From the NCBI RefSeq assembly GCF_020745735.1, contig NC_083404.1, positions 100,191,731 to 100,255,730 on the forward strand: 64,000 nt of DNA. Reading direction: 5' to 3'. The DNA is from Hemiscyllium ocellatum. Taxonomy: Eukaryota. Shown in pieces: positions 63,873-64,000 of this stretch (its first letter is position 1; the number at the start of each line of letters is the position of its first letter). Under the pieces are notes generated by a model. It was not told the origin of the DNA. It saw nothing but the letters and a program-made list of their open reading frames with translations, and searched no databases. The translations under genes were made by a program, and so were the position numbers.

Positions 63873-64000
63873 CTGGTTCTGAAGATGCAGAACAATTGCT
63901 GAACAGCTCTGTTAGTCTCTGTTAGTAATCCCAGGGTCAGCAACAATCTCCACTGATGATGTCACACCTGAAGGTCACCTCAAAATGCATCAACCTCAAT

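Noticed and set aside
1-64000. CRISPR array or prokaryotic operon/defence system
   Set aside because: There are no regularly spaced repeats and no gene-dense ORFs. The sequence is vertebrate repeat-rich DNA.

Overview
This is eukaryotic, repeat-dense DNA from a cartilaginous fish, probably an orectolobiform or bamboo-type shark. That call is inferred from the HE1/V-SINE, DeuSINE, CR1 and Penelope repeat content, with no database search. The only host gene I can support is the 3' end of a 7D-cadherin (cadherin-17-like) on the minus strand: two terminal coding exons at 59321-59437 and 59080-59198, plus a probable ~3.2 kb repeat-free 3' UTR. The rest is intergenic or intronic and filled with nested retroelements: CR1, L2 and Rex1/Babar LINE fragments, tRNA-derived SINEs, Gypsy/LTR relics and at least four Penelope-like element (PLE) families. 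The most striking signal is a set of minimal hammerhead-ribozyme (HHR) motifs (CUGAnGA..GAAA) in all four PLE families. Many occur as 95-250 bp non-coding inserts with 10-16 bp target-site duplications (TSDs). Several are head-to-head palindromes whose axis lies at the 5' edge of the ribozyme. The window also holds two near-identical young Neptune-type PLE copies, a 2.8 kb inverted-duplicated Poseidon-type PLE and a tRNA-Ala/HE1-SINE dimer. Most long ORFs in the supplied track are transposon fragments or antisense shadows. Repeat boundaries are read by eye and are approximate unless TSDs are given.
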